Shown here: positions 1 to 12,525 of the stretch, one piece after another
Numbering within the stretch: the first letter of the stretch is position 1
Layout of the letters: each line of letters starts with the position of its first letter
Origin: Octopus sinensis
Taxonomy: Eukaryota
Reading direction: 5' to 3'
Assembly (NCBI RefSeq): GCF_006345805.1
Contig: NC_043010.1
Coordinates: 39,432,001-39,496,000, forward strand
Length of the DNA stretch: 64,000 nt
Translations under genes and position numbers: made by a program
Notes under the pieces: generated by a model
Told to the model about the DNA's origin: nothing
The model's database searches: none
What the model saw: only the letters and a program-made list of their open reading frames with translations

Positions 1-1148
1 GAAGTTTCGAAGGGTGCAGTTCGATTTTAAGTTATTTTTTCAAAGGTATGATGGAAGTGGCAAAGGAGCACATTTGCCATATTTTACTTTATGGGTTCAT
101 TAAAGGAAACAGCCCAACGGAAAGTGCGAAGAATATTAATGCAGTATATGGACATCGGACAATAAGCCTAAGCCAGTGTCAACGGCTGTTCCAGAAATTC
201 CGAGCCGGAGACTATAGCTTAGAAGATGACCCTCGTCCGGGAAGATCTGTAGAGCTCGATGAGTTCGTCCTGCAAACTCTGGTGGAACAAAATCCCATCG
301 TAACTGTTGAGGAACTAGCAGAAACGTTTGGATTTGGTAATTCAACCATTTATCGACACCTGAGTTCCATCAGAAAAGTCAGGAAAATGGGTTAGTTGGT
401 TCATCACAAACTTTCCGAGTTTAATCGTGCGCAGAGTGTCAATGTGTGCTCTTCTTTGGTGTCATATCTCACGAATGAACCATTTTTGGACCTAATAGTG
501 ACTGGTAACGAGAAATGGTTTCTCTATAAAAATGTCAAGCGCCGAAGATATTCAGTAAGGAAAGGAGAAACACCAACACTCCAGGCAAAAGAAGGACTTC
601 CCCCATGTAAGGTGTTGTTATCTTTTAGGTGAGATATGAAATGTTTAGTCCACTTTGAACTTTTAAACCCAAAACTAACGATAACAAAGGTGATCTACTG
701 CGAGCAGCTTGAACGGCTTATGTCAACGCTAGAAGAAAAACGACCATCCTTGTGTTGAAGACGATAGAGGTTCCATCAGGATAATGCGCGGCCACACTAC
801 AGAGAGGATGATATTCCAAAAGGTGGAGTAGTTTGAATGGTGCACGACCTACCATATTCGCCGGACATTGCCCCACCTGATAAACATTTATTCCGCAGTC
901 TTCAAAACCATTTGGACTGAAATAATAGGAATTCTGTAGATGAAGTCAGATCATTAGTGGAAGAGTATTTTCCATCATGGGCAAATGAAATTTTGAAGTG
1001 GGGCCTTGCAAGTCTAACAGACAGATGGGAGATCAATGTAGAAAATGAGAGTGAGTATATTTTAGATTAAAAAAGAACTTTGTTTATTTTAATTTTGAAA
1101 AATAAAAGAAGTATAACAAACTGCATTATTAATGGGATGATTAAATAC
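1..1148 (+). mobile_element. Mariner DNA transposon, degenerate transposase (48-~1070) with 3' end
   Basis: ORFs 48-395 and 396-632 give an HTH region (EHICHILLYGF..LEDDPRPGRS), a WVPHEL-like motif (*LVHHKL) and IVTGNEKW. Further on are HQDNARPH (~773-796), PYSPDIAPPD (~851-880) and a stop near 1070. Stops and frameshifts are present. A TIR-like end (cattattaatgggatgattaaata) lies at ~1125-1148. Confidence 0.9.
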
Positions 1149-1154
1149 TTAATG

Positions 1155-1290
1155 AAATGCCGCCGAGGTCGACTTTGCCTTTCATCCTTTCGGGGTCGAT
1201 AAAGTAAGCTCCAGTTGCGTTCTGGAGTCGATCTAATCGACTGTCCCCCTCCTCCCAAATTCCGGGCCTTGTGCCTAGAGTAGAAAAATA
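1155..1290 (+). mobile_element. SINE family B, 5'-truncated, tail type 1
   Basis: Core gccgaggtcgactttgcctttcatcctttcggggtcgataaa is shared with copies at 24160, 31385 and 63536 and resembles the Meta/MESC-type SINE core (from memory). Ends in ccttgtgcctagagtagaaaa. Confidence 0.8.
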
Positions 1291-1527
1291 CTTAATCACA
1301 CACTACACTGTACATACTTATTGTATGGTTAAGATGTGGTAGTCAAGTGGTTCCACGTTCGATTCTACTGCTTGCTTTTTACCATAACTTCTGGTAAACT
1401 ATGCATGGGTAGAATTCTAGATGAAAAATGGTGTGTAGAGGTCTGCCTACACGCATACACGCGCGCGTAGATGCACAGACACATAATATTCATATATACG
1501 TGTTAGATATTTATATAATTATATATA

Positions 1528-1629
<102 letters not shown>

Positions 1630-2825
1630 ACATATGTGTGTGTGTTTGTGTGTGTTTATGTGTGTATAGGTATGTGTGCACTGAGTTACAGAGTCTCACA
1701 ACTACCGACATTGTGATGCAAGTTAAATTCCACTTTGAAATTGTTGTGATTTTCCATTGCTAGCATTCCATATTTCTTCTTAGTATTTCAGTGAAACAAT
1801 TAAATCCCTCTGCAAATATATTACTTTAGCTGATTTTTTTACCATTCATCTGTAAACTATGTTCGATTGGCTAAATTTACTTGAAGTATAAACCTGCGTA
1901 AAATTGTGAACCAACTAACCAATTTTCAATGACTGTAACAAGGGAAACATCATAGATCTGCAAATTTTCAAATAAACATCTCCCTTAAACGGAAATTGCG
2001 TTATATACGGAGATTCTTCTCTAAAATTTGTCAGAGAGGGCTGGGATTATATTTGGCAGGAGCTAGTTTACCAGCCTGTGGCTATTACTATGCATGCTCA
2101 ATCCAATTATCAGCTTCTGTCATTGTTTTGCCCTCAGTTTTTTTTCTCTGAATTTGTATCGATTCTCTTACTATCTCTGAATTGTTCTCCGGTTTGGTTG
2201 GCCAAAGTAGATCACATTATCGCCTACACACATGTTCTATTTCTTATTTACTCAGTCTCTCTGCATGGCAATACAAACAGTGCACAGAAATATTCCCATT
2301 TTGGTATTCTAGTAATATATTCATATTTCTTAACTCAATCTAACTGTAGTTCTTTAAGCATCAGTTTATTAGAAGAAAATTTCCCTATTTATTTCGTAGA
2401 ACTGACGTGTCCAGCATAAACTTTATTTGACAACTTGTGAATTTTACAATATGGATATCCTACGATCAATTCTTCAGGACACATTTCTCATGTTTTATGT
2501 TTAAATTTATTTCCTCTGAACTGCCATGCCGCAACTTGCGATATAATATTTTATTCCACAACAACTGATTTCTAAAGCATTTACTGTTAAAGTTACATTT
2601 CCGGGTGTTGGTGGTGAAGAAAATGCTATCCAGAAATATATTATTACCTGTTTCAGCACCCGATTTCGCACCAAGAATCTTACAAAACAAATATATAAAC
2701 TTATTCCAGTTACAACTTCATAAAATAAATATTGATTTCATTTTCATATATGAATTATTTCCTAGGCTTGTCTTAAACTAATATCAGCAAACATTTTTGT
2801 GTCTCTCACGCTCTTTACTATTTTT

Positions 2826-3036
2826 CTCTTTTACTTGTTTCAGCCATTTGACTGTGGCCATGCTGGAGCACCACCTTTAGTCGAGCAAATCGACCCCCGG
2901 ACTTATTCTTTGTAAGCCTAGTACTTATTCTATCGGTCTCTTTTGCCGAACCACTAGGTTACGGGGACGTAAACACACCAGCATCAGTTATCAAGCGATG
3001 TTGGGGGCACAAACACAGACACACAAATATATGCAT

Positions 3037-3075
<39 letters not shown>

Positions 3076-3248
3076 ACATATATATACGACGGGCTTCTTT
3101 CAGTTCCCGTCTTGCAAATCCACTCAGAAGGCTTTGGTCGGCCTGAGGCTATAGTAGAAGACACTTGCCAAAGGTGCCACGCAGTGGGACTGAACCCGGA
3201 ACCATGTGGTTCGTAAGCAAGTTACTTACCACACAGCCACTCCTACGC
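2826..3248 (-). mobile_element. SINE family A (tRNA-derived, internal microsatellite), full length
   Basis: The minus strand starts gtaggagtggctgtgtggtaag (A box) with ccgggttcagtccc (B box), has an internal (TA)n/(TG)n tract, and ends ccagcatggccacagtcaaatggctgaaacaagtaaaagag. Eight further copies occur in the window. Confidence 0.9.
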
Positions 3249-3511
3249 TACACAAGAATACATTAATGTGTATGAAAACAGGGGGAAAATTTTGAGTTTT
3301 GTGTTTTCTCTTGTTCAATTAATTGATAAAAGCACATTGCTTGTGCAATCTACAGGATTTTTCAGTGAATCTTCTTAACTATTGTAGCATATATGCCTTC
3401 CAATTGCATTTCTAGTCTGAGAAAGAGAAACTGTCAGAGATGTGTAGACAAAACGTTAACAGACGAGTATACTGGTATTGATGTGGCAACATTTGAAATG
3501 TTGTCTAGGTA

Positions 3512-3584
3512 AATGCAGCTGATGAAGACTAATCAAATTTACGTTGCCAAACGTATTTGAAGAGTCAGAAACCGGTGTTGCATT
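3512..3584 (+). ncRNA. Minimal type-I hammerhead ribozyme motif (GUG at cleavage triplet, probably inactive)
   Basis: Stem I aatgcag/ttgcatt; core CTGATGA; segmented stem II (gact/agtc, tcaaa/tttga, tacgtt/aacgta); GAAAC-CG-GTG. Confidence 0.65.
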
Positions 3585-3877
3585 ATCCGATTCTAGGTTG
3601 TCCATTTATCAGATGTTCTTCCTAGAGGTAAAACAAATTTTTTTCATGTTTGTTCCACACATGCGTCTTTGCTAGTATATACGCAGTGAAGCTATACAAT
3701 AGCGTCGTATTTATTACGATTGCTATTTTCCAGTAAATATTGGTGCCTTGTTGTACCATTTATCTACTTTTATATATATATATGTGTATATATATAGAAA
3801 CATACATACATTTATATATTCATATATATACATACATAAATACATATATATATATATATATATACATACACGCACAC

Positions 3878-3941
<64 letters not shown>

Positions 3942-3953
3942 TATATATATTAT

Positions 3954-3991
<38 letters not shown>

Positions 3992-4074
3992 CGCGTGTAT
4001 ATGTTGGTGTCGGTTATGCATTTATATATGGATACATAAACACACAGACACATTCACACACACATATATATGTA

Positions 4075-4500
4075 ATGGAAGAAACATTAAACAAACCAAT
4101 AGGATAGAATGAATGGCCACAGAAGAACACCAACATTGTTATTATTGTGGAAATAGACAAAAGTCCGTTCAAACGACAGTTAGAAGCAAATAACTCTATA
4201 GAATATTTAAAGCAACGCAAAACCACCAGCATTATATATAAAACTAATGAAAATTGTAAGGACACATTAATGCTACTGTATGAGTGCAATGCGAATGATA
4301 ATAAAATATATAGAAGCAAGAATAGGGACTACACTTTGCAGTATAAAAATCACGAGAACAAAAATTAAAATACACAACTTTATATTAACATTAAGTGTTC
4401 TACGAATTACTATAAAATGGCTTTCAATGAAGTATGATATATAGTACCATTGACCTCTTACATTGGCAGACTACCAAGAATTTTTTAGGATAGGCTTTTT
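4075..4500 (+). mobile_element. Probable Merlin/ISXO2-type DNA transposase remnant
   Basis: Translated fragments KPIG..IVEIDKSPFKR (cf. IGG..VEIDES.F.KRK) and DYTLQYKNHENK (cf. GY.H..VNHS.NF). Highly decayed. Confidence 0.4.
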
Positions 4501-4954
4501 AACGACTGAATCGACCAGGTACAATATTATTGATTATTTTATCGATTACTAGAGAATAAATGATAAATAGCAAAGAAGACCCTAAAATATTTTAAATCAC
4601 TGACGTAAAAAAAGCAACTTACTGTATGAATACGTTTAGTCTAAATACCTTCTGTTAGTCTACCTCATCGAAATAAACGGTAATAGTAACTTATTGCTAT
4701 TTTTCCATTTGCATCTCCAGGAATAATCTTACTAGATTTTTTATCATTAAATATGTAAAGGCAATTTGTCCATAATTCTAGTTTACTGAATCAAGGAGGC
4801 TAGTGACCATTTTAAAAAGGATATGGGAGGATTTTTAGATGCTGAGACGAAAAAAATCCCGAGAAAAATAAGTTGCAGAAACTTAGTGGTACAAAGGCTC
4901 TAAAAAGAAGGGTAACAGATTATTTCTCCTACGCAACCACACTTTGAGTTAATA

Positions 4955-5152
4955 TTGGTTCCACATTTTGACACAAGGCCAGCAATTTTGGAGAGGGTCC
5001 ATGTCGATTACATCGGCACCGGTATTCAACGAATCCGAAATAATGAACCGAAAAGTTTCCCTCGGTGGTATTTGAACTCAGAATGTAACGACTGACGAAA
5101 TGCTGCTAAGCATTTTGCCCGACGTACCGACGCTTCTGAGGCTTCGGTCCCT
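4955..5152 (-). mobile_element. SINE family B, diverged copy
   Basis: Degenerate match to the family B head (tttgaactcagaatgtaacgactgacgaaat) and tail type 1. Confidence 0.65.
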
Positions 5153-5268
5153 TAAATTTCATTAATATTTATACATTGTTTCTGTAACCATTCATTTATA
5201 TTTCCACAGCTACAAGAAAATATTCAATCATTTACCAATCAGGTCTATAAACAGTTTGATCTCTATAA

Positions 5269-5703
5269 ACATGGTGATCTCATATCAAGATAAACAGCAC
5301 ATGACCTTGCAGGTGGGGGCCCAGTTACAATTTTTTTTCTGGATGAGTAGCCCATCCCGCTCAAAAGGTCCTTGAATAAGGATTGTTTAAGGATGTTGAA
5401 CGAACCACTTATGTTTCCAAAGGTGAATTATCCAAACCTCTAAGACTTCCTTTCAACACCCGGCTATGATGCTCCCCCACTAATTCTGCTTGTGATCAGA
5501 GATGTACATATCATCTGTCACTAAGGGAATGTTCAACTGGTTAAGGTCAAACAACTGACAAACAAAACTGTGGTATTGAGCAGAATATTTGCTGTAGCCC
5601 ATCCTTTATACCAAGACAAAACATTGTACATGATAACACTTCCAATCAGTTAATATCAGAAGCCATGAGAGCCACTGTCTGGTACTGCGTCAGGGATTGT
5701 TTA

Positions 5704-5738
<35 letters not shown>

Positions 5739-5754
5739 GTCATTATTATTATAA

Positions 5755-5785
<31 letters not shown>

Positions 5786-5787
5786 GA

Positions 5788-5836
<49 letters not shown>

Positions 5837-6437
5837 GTGAGAGAGCAGTGCATGCCATCAAAGTGACACTGGGGTAAAATATACGAAGCCCAGTACACCC
5901 ATCATGAATACCTGTCTGATAAGGGTACACTAGGCACATGCACCACAACCATATGTGCGCGACATGGTGACCTCATATAAGATGAACAGCACATGATCGT
6001 GCAGGTGGGGCCCAGTTAGAATTTTCTTCTGATCAAGTAACCCATCTTGCTCAAAAGGTCCCTGAATAAGGGTTGTTTAAGGATGTTGAACGAAACACCC
6101 ATGTTTCCAAAAGTGAATTATTCAAACTCCAAAGAATCCCTCTCAATACATGGCTATGATGCTCCCCCCCACTACTTCTACTCGTGATCAGAGATGTACA
6201 TATCGTCAGCCACTATGGGACATGGTCAACTGGTCATGGTCAAACAACTGACAAGCAAATCTATGGTATTGAGCAGAATATTTGCTGTAGTCCATCTTTT
6301 ATACCAAGACAAAACAATGCACATGATGACGCTTCCAAACAGATAAGATCAGAAGCCACGAAAGCCACAGCCTGGTACTGCATCAGGATTATTATTATTA
6401 TATTATTATTATTATATTATTATTATTATTATTATGA

Positions 6438-6486
<49 letters not shown>

Positions 6487-7037
6487 GTGAGAGAGCAGTG
6501 CATGCCATCAAAGTGACACTGGGGTAAAATATACGAAGCCCAGTACACCCATCATGAATACCTGTCTGATAAGGGTACACTAGGCACATGCACCACAACC
6601 ATATGTGCGCGACATGGTGACCTCATATAAGATGAACAGCACATGATCGTGCAGGTGGGGGCCCAGTTAGAATTTTCTTCTGATCAAGTAACCCATCTTG
6701 CTCAAAAGGTCCCTGAATAAGGGTGTTTAAGGATGTTGAACGAAACACCCATGTTTCCAAAAGTGAATTATTCAAACTCCAAAGAATCCCTCTCAATACA
6801 TGGCTATGATGCTCCCCCCACTACTTCTACTCGTGATCAGAGATGTACATATCGTCAGCCACTATGGGACATGGTCAACTGGTCATGGTCAAACAACTGA
6901 CAAGCAAATCTATGGTATTGAGCAGAATATTTGCTGTAGTCCATCTTTTATACCAAGACAAAACAATGCACATGATGACGCTTCCAAACAGATAAGATCA
7001 GAAGCCACGAAAGCCACAGCCTGGTACTGCATCAGGA
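5269..7037 (+). repeat. Three tandem copies of a ~550-bp non-coding element separated by (ATT)n/(ATC)n tracts
   Basis: Copies at 5269-5697 (left-truncated, diverged), 5835-6388 and 6485-7037 (the latter two near-identical). Each ends ctggtactgc(g/a)tcagg followed by (att)n. Orientation is inferred from the truncation and tail. Confidence 0.85.
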
Positions 7038-7099
7038 TTATTATTATTATTAATTATTATTATTATATTATTATTATTATTATTATTATATTATTATTA

Positions 7100-7590
7100 T
7101 TATTAATATTTAGTTAGCATGTTTGTCACAATCACTTGCTGAGACAAATCTAGTGTCAAAGGGCGAGTGAAGGATAACAATTGTTTCAGTATGACTGAAA
7201 GCTGGGTGGGGGGATGTAGCAGCAGCGAAATATCTTCATGTAGTACAACACAGACATTTAAACGGATACGGTTTTTCTAAGCATGTGGGCAGAACTTGTT
7301 AGCTCAATTTTTTTGATTTATCTGATACATGGTTCTCCTGGGATATCATCTAGATATTTCTGACATCCCTTTTTTTATCACATCCAATGCACAACAAGTA
7401 CAATTCTCGCTTTAAGATGCCACATGTTTTGTATTACATTTTCCAGGTCCTTATATTTACTTAATTAGTCAAATTCCTTTACAGATATATTTTTATCAGT
7501 CACAACACTTACATTTATTAGTCTACAAGTATTTTCTTCAATGTCTTCAATGATTGTCTGGTCGATGACCCTGGATCGTTCTATTGATGT
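7100..7590 (-). mobile_element. 3' end of an RLE-type (R4/Dong-like) non-LTR retrotransposon flanked by (AAT)n
   Basis: The frameshifted translation RTIQGHRPD/IIEDIEENTCRLINVSVVTDKNISVKEFD*LSKYKDLE..MWHLK..KYLDDIPG..LTSSAHMLRKTVSV* matches the RPD..D..K.KY restriction-like endonuclease C-terminus. A short 3' UTR follows, with AAT repeats on both sides. Confidence 0.8.
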
Positions 7591-7595
7591 TGTTG

Positions 7596-7633
<38 letters not shown>

Positions 7634-8654
7634 ATCATTATTATTACCATTACCGTTATACATCGATTGATACATTTTTCCAGATTCTTTCTTCGGAATG
7701 AATATGGTGCTTAAACTGCTGCCACCATTGACATTAAAATAATATTTGACCATTCAAAAGTGTAAAAATACTGCATTAATTACCTGGAATATAATGATAA
7801 TGAGACAAAGATTATTGTGATATATTAAAGTAGGCTTGCTATAACATTACCTGAGGGCAAATATCCTAATCTTTAGAAAACGTATTTTTCTTATGTACTA
7901 ACAGACAAATAAAGTTCTGCTACATGGGGCCGCCTTTGTGAGATTTATAGAATTAGTAATTATTTATACAATTGTATAGTTTTACAATCAATTTTATGTA
8001 AAAACATACGCGTAAATTAATTGTATTGCTTTTATATAAAGTTGTTTTTAATATAAAGTTGCTTTTTATATAAAATTGCGTTATATTTTGTAAGTATAAT
8101 CATTCTGCACACTTGTTCTCATCTGCTGTTTCCTTTTCTGTCTGCATCTCACCCACTGTGTTTCTCTACTTTTCACTCTATTCCTCTCTTTATTTTTGTG
8201 TCTATAGGTGTGTATGTGTGCGTGTATGTGATTGTGCATACGTGTGTATATGTGTATGTGTGTGTGTATACCATCATGAATATTGATTAACAGTATTGCG
8301 CGAAGTGGGAGTAATATCCCATATTTCAGTATGGGATATTACGATATTACGTTCTGAATTCAAATCGAACCACAGTTTACTTTATATTTCATCCCACACG
8401 TACGCGTAAATAATCCATGACTACTGTAGTCACATAATTGTCTTTTCTGAAAATTGCTAACCATTCTTGTTCCGAATTAGTTTTGAAAGCAGTGCAGTCG
8501 AAATTTACTGTAAACATTCACAGATATTACCTTTTTCTGTGACTATTATTGGACTTCGGTTTCTAATTGCAGGCAATGTTAGAGTGTATAACAGCAGTAA
8601 ACGTCGTCTTCTCCCTTGCTTTTACATACAGTTGTACACTTTTCAAGATGTATA

Positions 8655-9056
8655 ATATTAGGTCGTCAAGTATGAAATTTGTAGAAAAGAAAAAAAAAAT
8701 GTTAATGTTTTATAAATACAAAGAATAGTTTTATTCATCGAAATATGCACCCATATTATCAATACCCTTTTACCATTTCAGTGGTAGCTCATCCAGCCCG
8801 GAACCATAAAAGCCTGGCAATCAAGAGTCAATAAAACCTTGGAAAGCCTGTTTTACAGCATTGTGGGAATTAATTTTTTTTTTAGTCAAAACGTTTTCCA
8901 TGTGAGTATGGTGGATGATGGAGAACTTCCAACTCCAACTCCTGTAGTTTTGCCAATGTCATTTTTGCTATGTGTTGTTTGGCGTTGTCTTGCAATAAAA
9001 TAGGAGTGGATCTGTTAACTAATCTAGGCTGTTTTTGTAAGTTTCTGCATCATTTA
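8655..9056 (-). mobile_element. Mariner transposase C-terminal fragment with TIR
   Basis: QPRLVNRSTPILLQDNAKQH..LEVLHHPPYS and GFYGSGLDELPLKW..DNMGAYFDE*. A TIR-like tattaggtcgtcaagtatgaaat lies at ~8657. Confidence 0.85.
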
Positions 9057-9598
9057 CTCCTCCTCCTCCCTCTCGTCACTGACACGGGACCGGAGGGAAG
9101 CCATCTTTCCGACTGCTATCGTCAACGAGTCATGACGGCTTATCCTGTCCTTCTCATAAGTGTCTCCTCAATGCGTTCATAATAATTTTTCCATCGTCTT
9201 CGCTTAACAGCCCTCATCGTTTGTATTTACTGTGTTATTCTCCTTGTCCTGTCTTTTACTGTTTTTATTTGTATTGTTTTTACTGTCTTGCCCTGTACTT
9301 GTCGCGGAATAGACGACACAGGGACAACTGAAGAAAGGGGAATATTCCTTGTGTTGTATATCATGTACTCTATTTTTTCGTTGTTTTAAAAAAAGTTCCT
9401 TTCCATGTTTTTGTTTTTATGTTTGCGTTTGTCATTGTGTTCAACGGTTTTTTGATGTCCTGTACCCATATATGCTTTTATATATACATATATATGTAGG
9501 TATGTACATATATGTATGTATATAAGCATATGTTTATATATTATTTATGTTATTATATGATCGAACGCCACGCATCCATTTCCAAGTATCTATATATA

Positions 9599-9654
<56 letters not shown>

Positions 9655-9661
9655 ATATATA

Positions 9662-9822
9662 CAAATATACAATGGGCTTCTTTCAGCTTCCGTCCACGAA
9701 ATCCACTCACAAGGCTTTGGTTGGTCCTGGGCTATATTAGAACACTTGCCCAAGGTGCCGCGCAGTGGGACTGAATCTGGAACCATGTGGTTGGGAAGCA
9801 AGCTTCTTACCACTCCTGAGCC
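9662..9822 (-). mobile_element. SINE family A, 5' half only
   Basis: tRNA-like head and body up to the internal (TA)n tract. The 3' half is absent. Confidence 0.8.
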
Positions 9823-9873
9823 TTGCGTACATATAACTGAAAACATTCTTGCTGATATTTCTTCTTTGTCATG

Positions 9874-9932
9874 CAATAATAACAATAATAATAATAATAA
9901 TATTAATAATAATAATAATAATAATAATGATG

Positions 9933-9979
<47 letters not shown>
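9874..9979. repeat. (AAT)n microsatellite
   Basis: Direct reading of the sequence. Confidence 0.95.
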
Positions 9980-9983
<4 letters not shown>

Positions 9984-11167
9984 CACACGATTATTCCTCT
10001 TCCATATACTCTAGTGTCTTAACTTTTCAATACACATTATACAATATTCAGGAGGAACAAGCGTTTTATCCTAATCTTGCAATTTAATTCCGAAACAGAC
10101 GTGGTTAACATGGTTTTACAAATTGAGTAATTTTAGACTGCTGATTAGGTATTGTTATTTTGCTACAAATGAATTAAAAATCTCTTTCTATCGTTTTTGA
10201 GTTTTCTATTCGTGGCTAAAATATCTGTAATGGAATTAGAAAATATATGAAATATAAATATATATAGAAATATAGATGCACAGCTGTGCACCTCTGTGCG
10301 CAGTTTGAAAACTATTGATACAATACGAGAATATGAGATATTCCATTGGGGAGACTCTGTGTGATTAACATTTTAAAATTAATTAATTTTATTAATTTAA
10401 TTAAATATTTGACAAACCAATTTGTGCAAATTCTTCGTAAAATTACTTGGTTGTACATTTAAAAATGGTCTTTCAAAAATAACTAGAAGTTATGCATTAT
10501 ACATGAAAAGTCGAATTAACTAGAAAGGTTGAGCTGATCACAGTAATCGAATTGCATGTGTGAATTCTGCGCGTTGGAACTATATGGAATGAGACCCAAA
10601 AGCTTGACAAAGAAATAAATAAATAAAACTTGGCGATAATAGAAAATTCGACATTAAATATCTTGGCTTTGCATTCTGGGGTGATTGAATAAAACGAATA
10701 TGAACGAGCTTCCATTCAACCACAGTTGAAAATAGATAACCTACACTTTTCAAAAGGCAACATTGACATTTGAATATTCCAGTTTCTCATTAAATTTCCA
10801 AAAGTTCAAATAAAAGATTTACACATGTTAGAGCAAGGCGGAAAAAACTAAGTATGATTAATAAAATATGAATTTTTTTTTTCACAATTTTCATCTTGAT
10901 AAAATATTTCGCTAAAGGAGAAATATATGAATGCAAATATGTATTATGTTGTTGCATTAATAAGGAAAGAAAACAATTTCTGTCGTAGTAGACCCGGGAA
11001 TTTTTTTCTGTTTGAAAACATCTATGTTGTCATAGAGATCAGGTGGACGCGAAATAATTAGCTTTCGACTTTTCGGCTATAGTTAGATGCAGACAAAAGG
11101 AAACAAAAGCGAAGTAGAACACGAAAATATTACTGTAATATATGCATCACAAAATATATAAGACAGT

Positions 11168-11209
<42 letters not shown>

Positions 11210-11549
11210 CATATACATATATAAACACATTTATACGAATAGGCTGTTTCCACATAACCTTCTGCATACACTTCGGAATAAAACCACTCCAACTACATTG
11301 GTGATCCAAATACACACACACACACACACATTTGACTATATATTTACATGCATACGCAAATACCCTATCTTTGCTGTGTGTGTGTGATTGTCTGTCTGAG
11401 TACATTTGTGTACAGGCGTATGTTTATATATGTATATGTGCATGTGTGTGTATATATATATATATATACTTTCTTAGTGGTAAGACCATAGTGGGTCTAC
11501 TTCTAGTGTAATTGATGCCCATTTAGTGGTCACCCATCTTAAATGTATG

Positions 11550-11591
<42 letters not shown>

Positions 11592-11920
11592 TATATATAC
11601 AAGCTGGTGTATCCGGTAATTCTACTGAAACGCGTCATCAGTCAGATATAAGGAAGCAATTTCGTTATAACTGCCACAAAAGGTGTATTTTCCGTCACAA
11701 AAACGTAAAAAATCTGTCAGCTGGTGAAGGGGGAATTTTGGTGGAGGTTATGTGATGAAAATGCATTTTTCCCAAATAAAGCGCACTTCATATTCAAAGC
11801 TATGATGAAATTATAGGATGTTATCCTCGTACTCAAGTAATACCACTTCTAATAGCAGAAACAGTTGTAAGCTAATGAAATCCATTACATAACATTCGGT
11901 TTTCCAATGTCATGTGTTTG

Positions 11921-11979
<59 letters not shown>

Positions 11980-12433
11980 CGCGCGCGTGTGTGTGTGTAT
12001 ATATATATATACAGACATAATAGTTTATGCATGCATATTTTAAAATTCCTAATAGAAGGATATATGTAAGTAAACGCAATGTACGATCCAACTAACTAAC
12101 CACCCATCTTTATATTCTTGTATCTATGAATGTTTCTCTCTCTCTCTCTCTGTATATAATATATATATATATATTATATATATATATATATATATATGAT
12201 GCATGTATGTATATAGGTGTGTATATTTATGCATACAACTGCATGTATATTTATCTATCTGTCTGTCTACCTATCTATCTATATGTTCAGCCTTGTGTGG
12301 CTAATAAAGAAACATATCTATGTTTCTGTCTGTTTATCTATCTATCTTTCGGTCTGTTTATCTCGTTCTCTCCCTCTTTTTATTTGCGTACGTGTGTGTG
12401 AGTCTTCGAGTGTTTGTGAGTGTATATGCATAA

Positions 12434-12435
<2 letters not shown>

Positions 12436-12525
<90 letters not shown>
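12436..12525. repeat. (TATC)n microsatellite at the 5' junction of the Tx1 LINE
   Basis: Direct reading of the sequence. Confidence 0.95.

Noticed and set aside
1750-2700. Possible old hAT transposase remnant on the minus strand
   Set aside because: Only faint motif echoes (WNK.., YCKIH, DLLW); insufficient without a profile search.
9325-9360. acaa-CTGAAGA-aagg..cctt hammerhead half
   Set aside because: The GAAA box and stem III are absent.
10630-10760. RKFDIKYLGFAFWGD resembling a hAT/Buster N-terminus
   Set aside because: A single short motif with no supporting continuation or TIRs.
11600-11650. GAAACGCGTC palindromic hammerhead 3' half
   Set aside because: No CUGANGA core or stem I partner at a suitable position.
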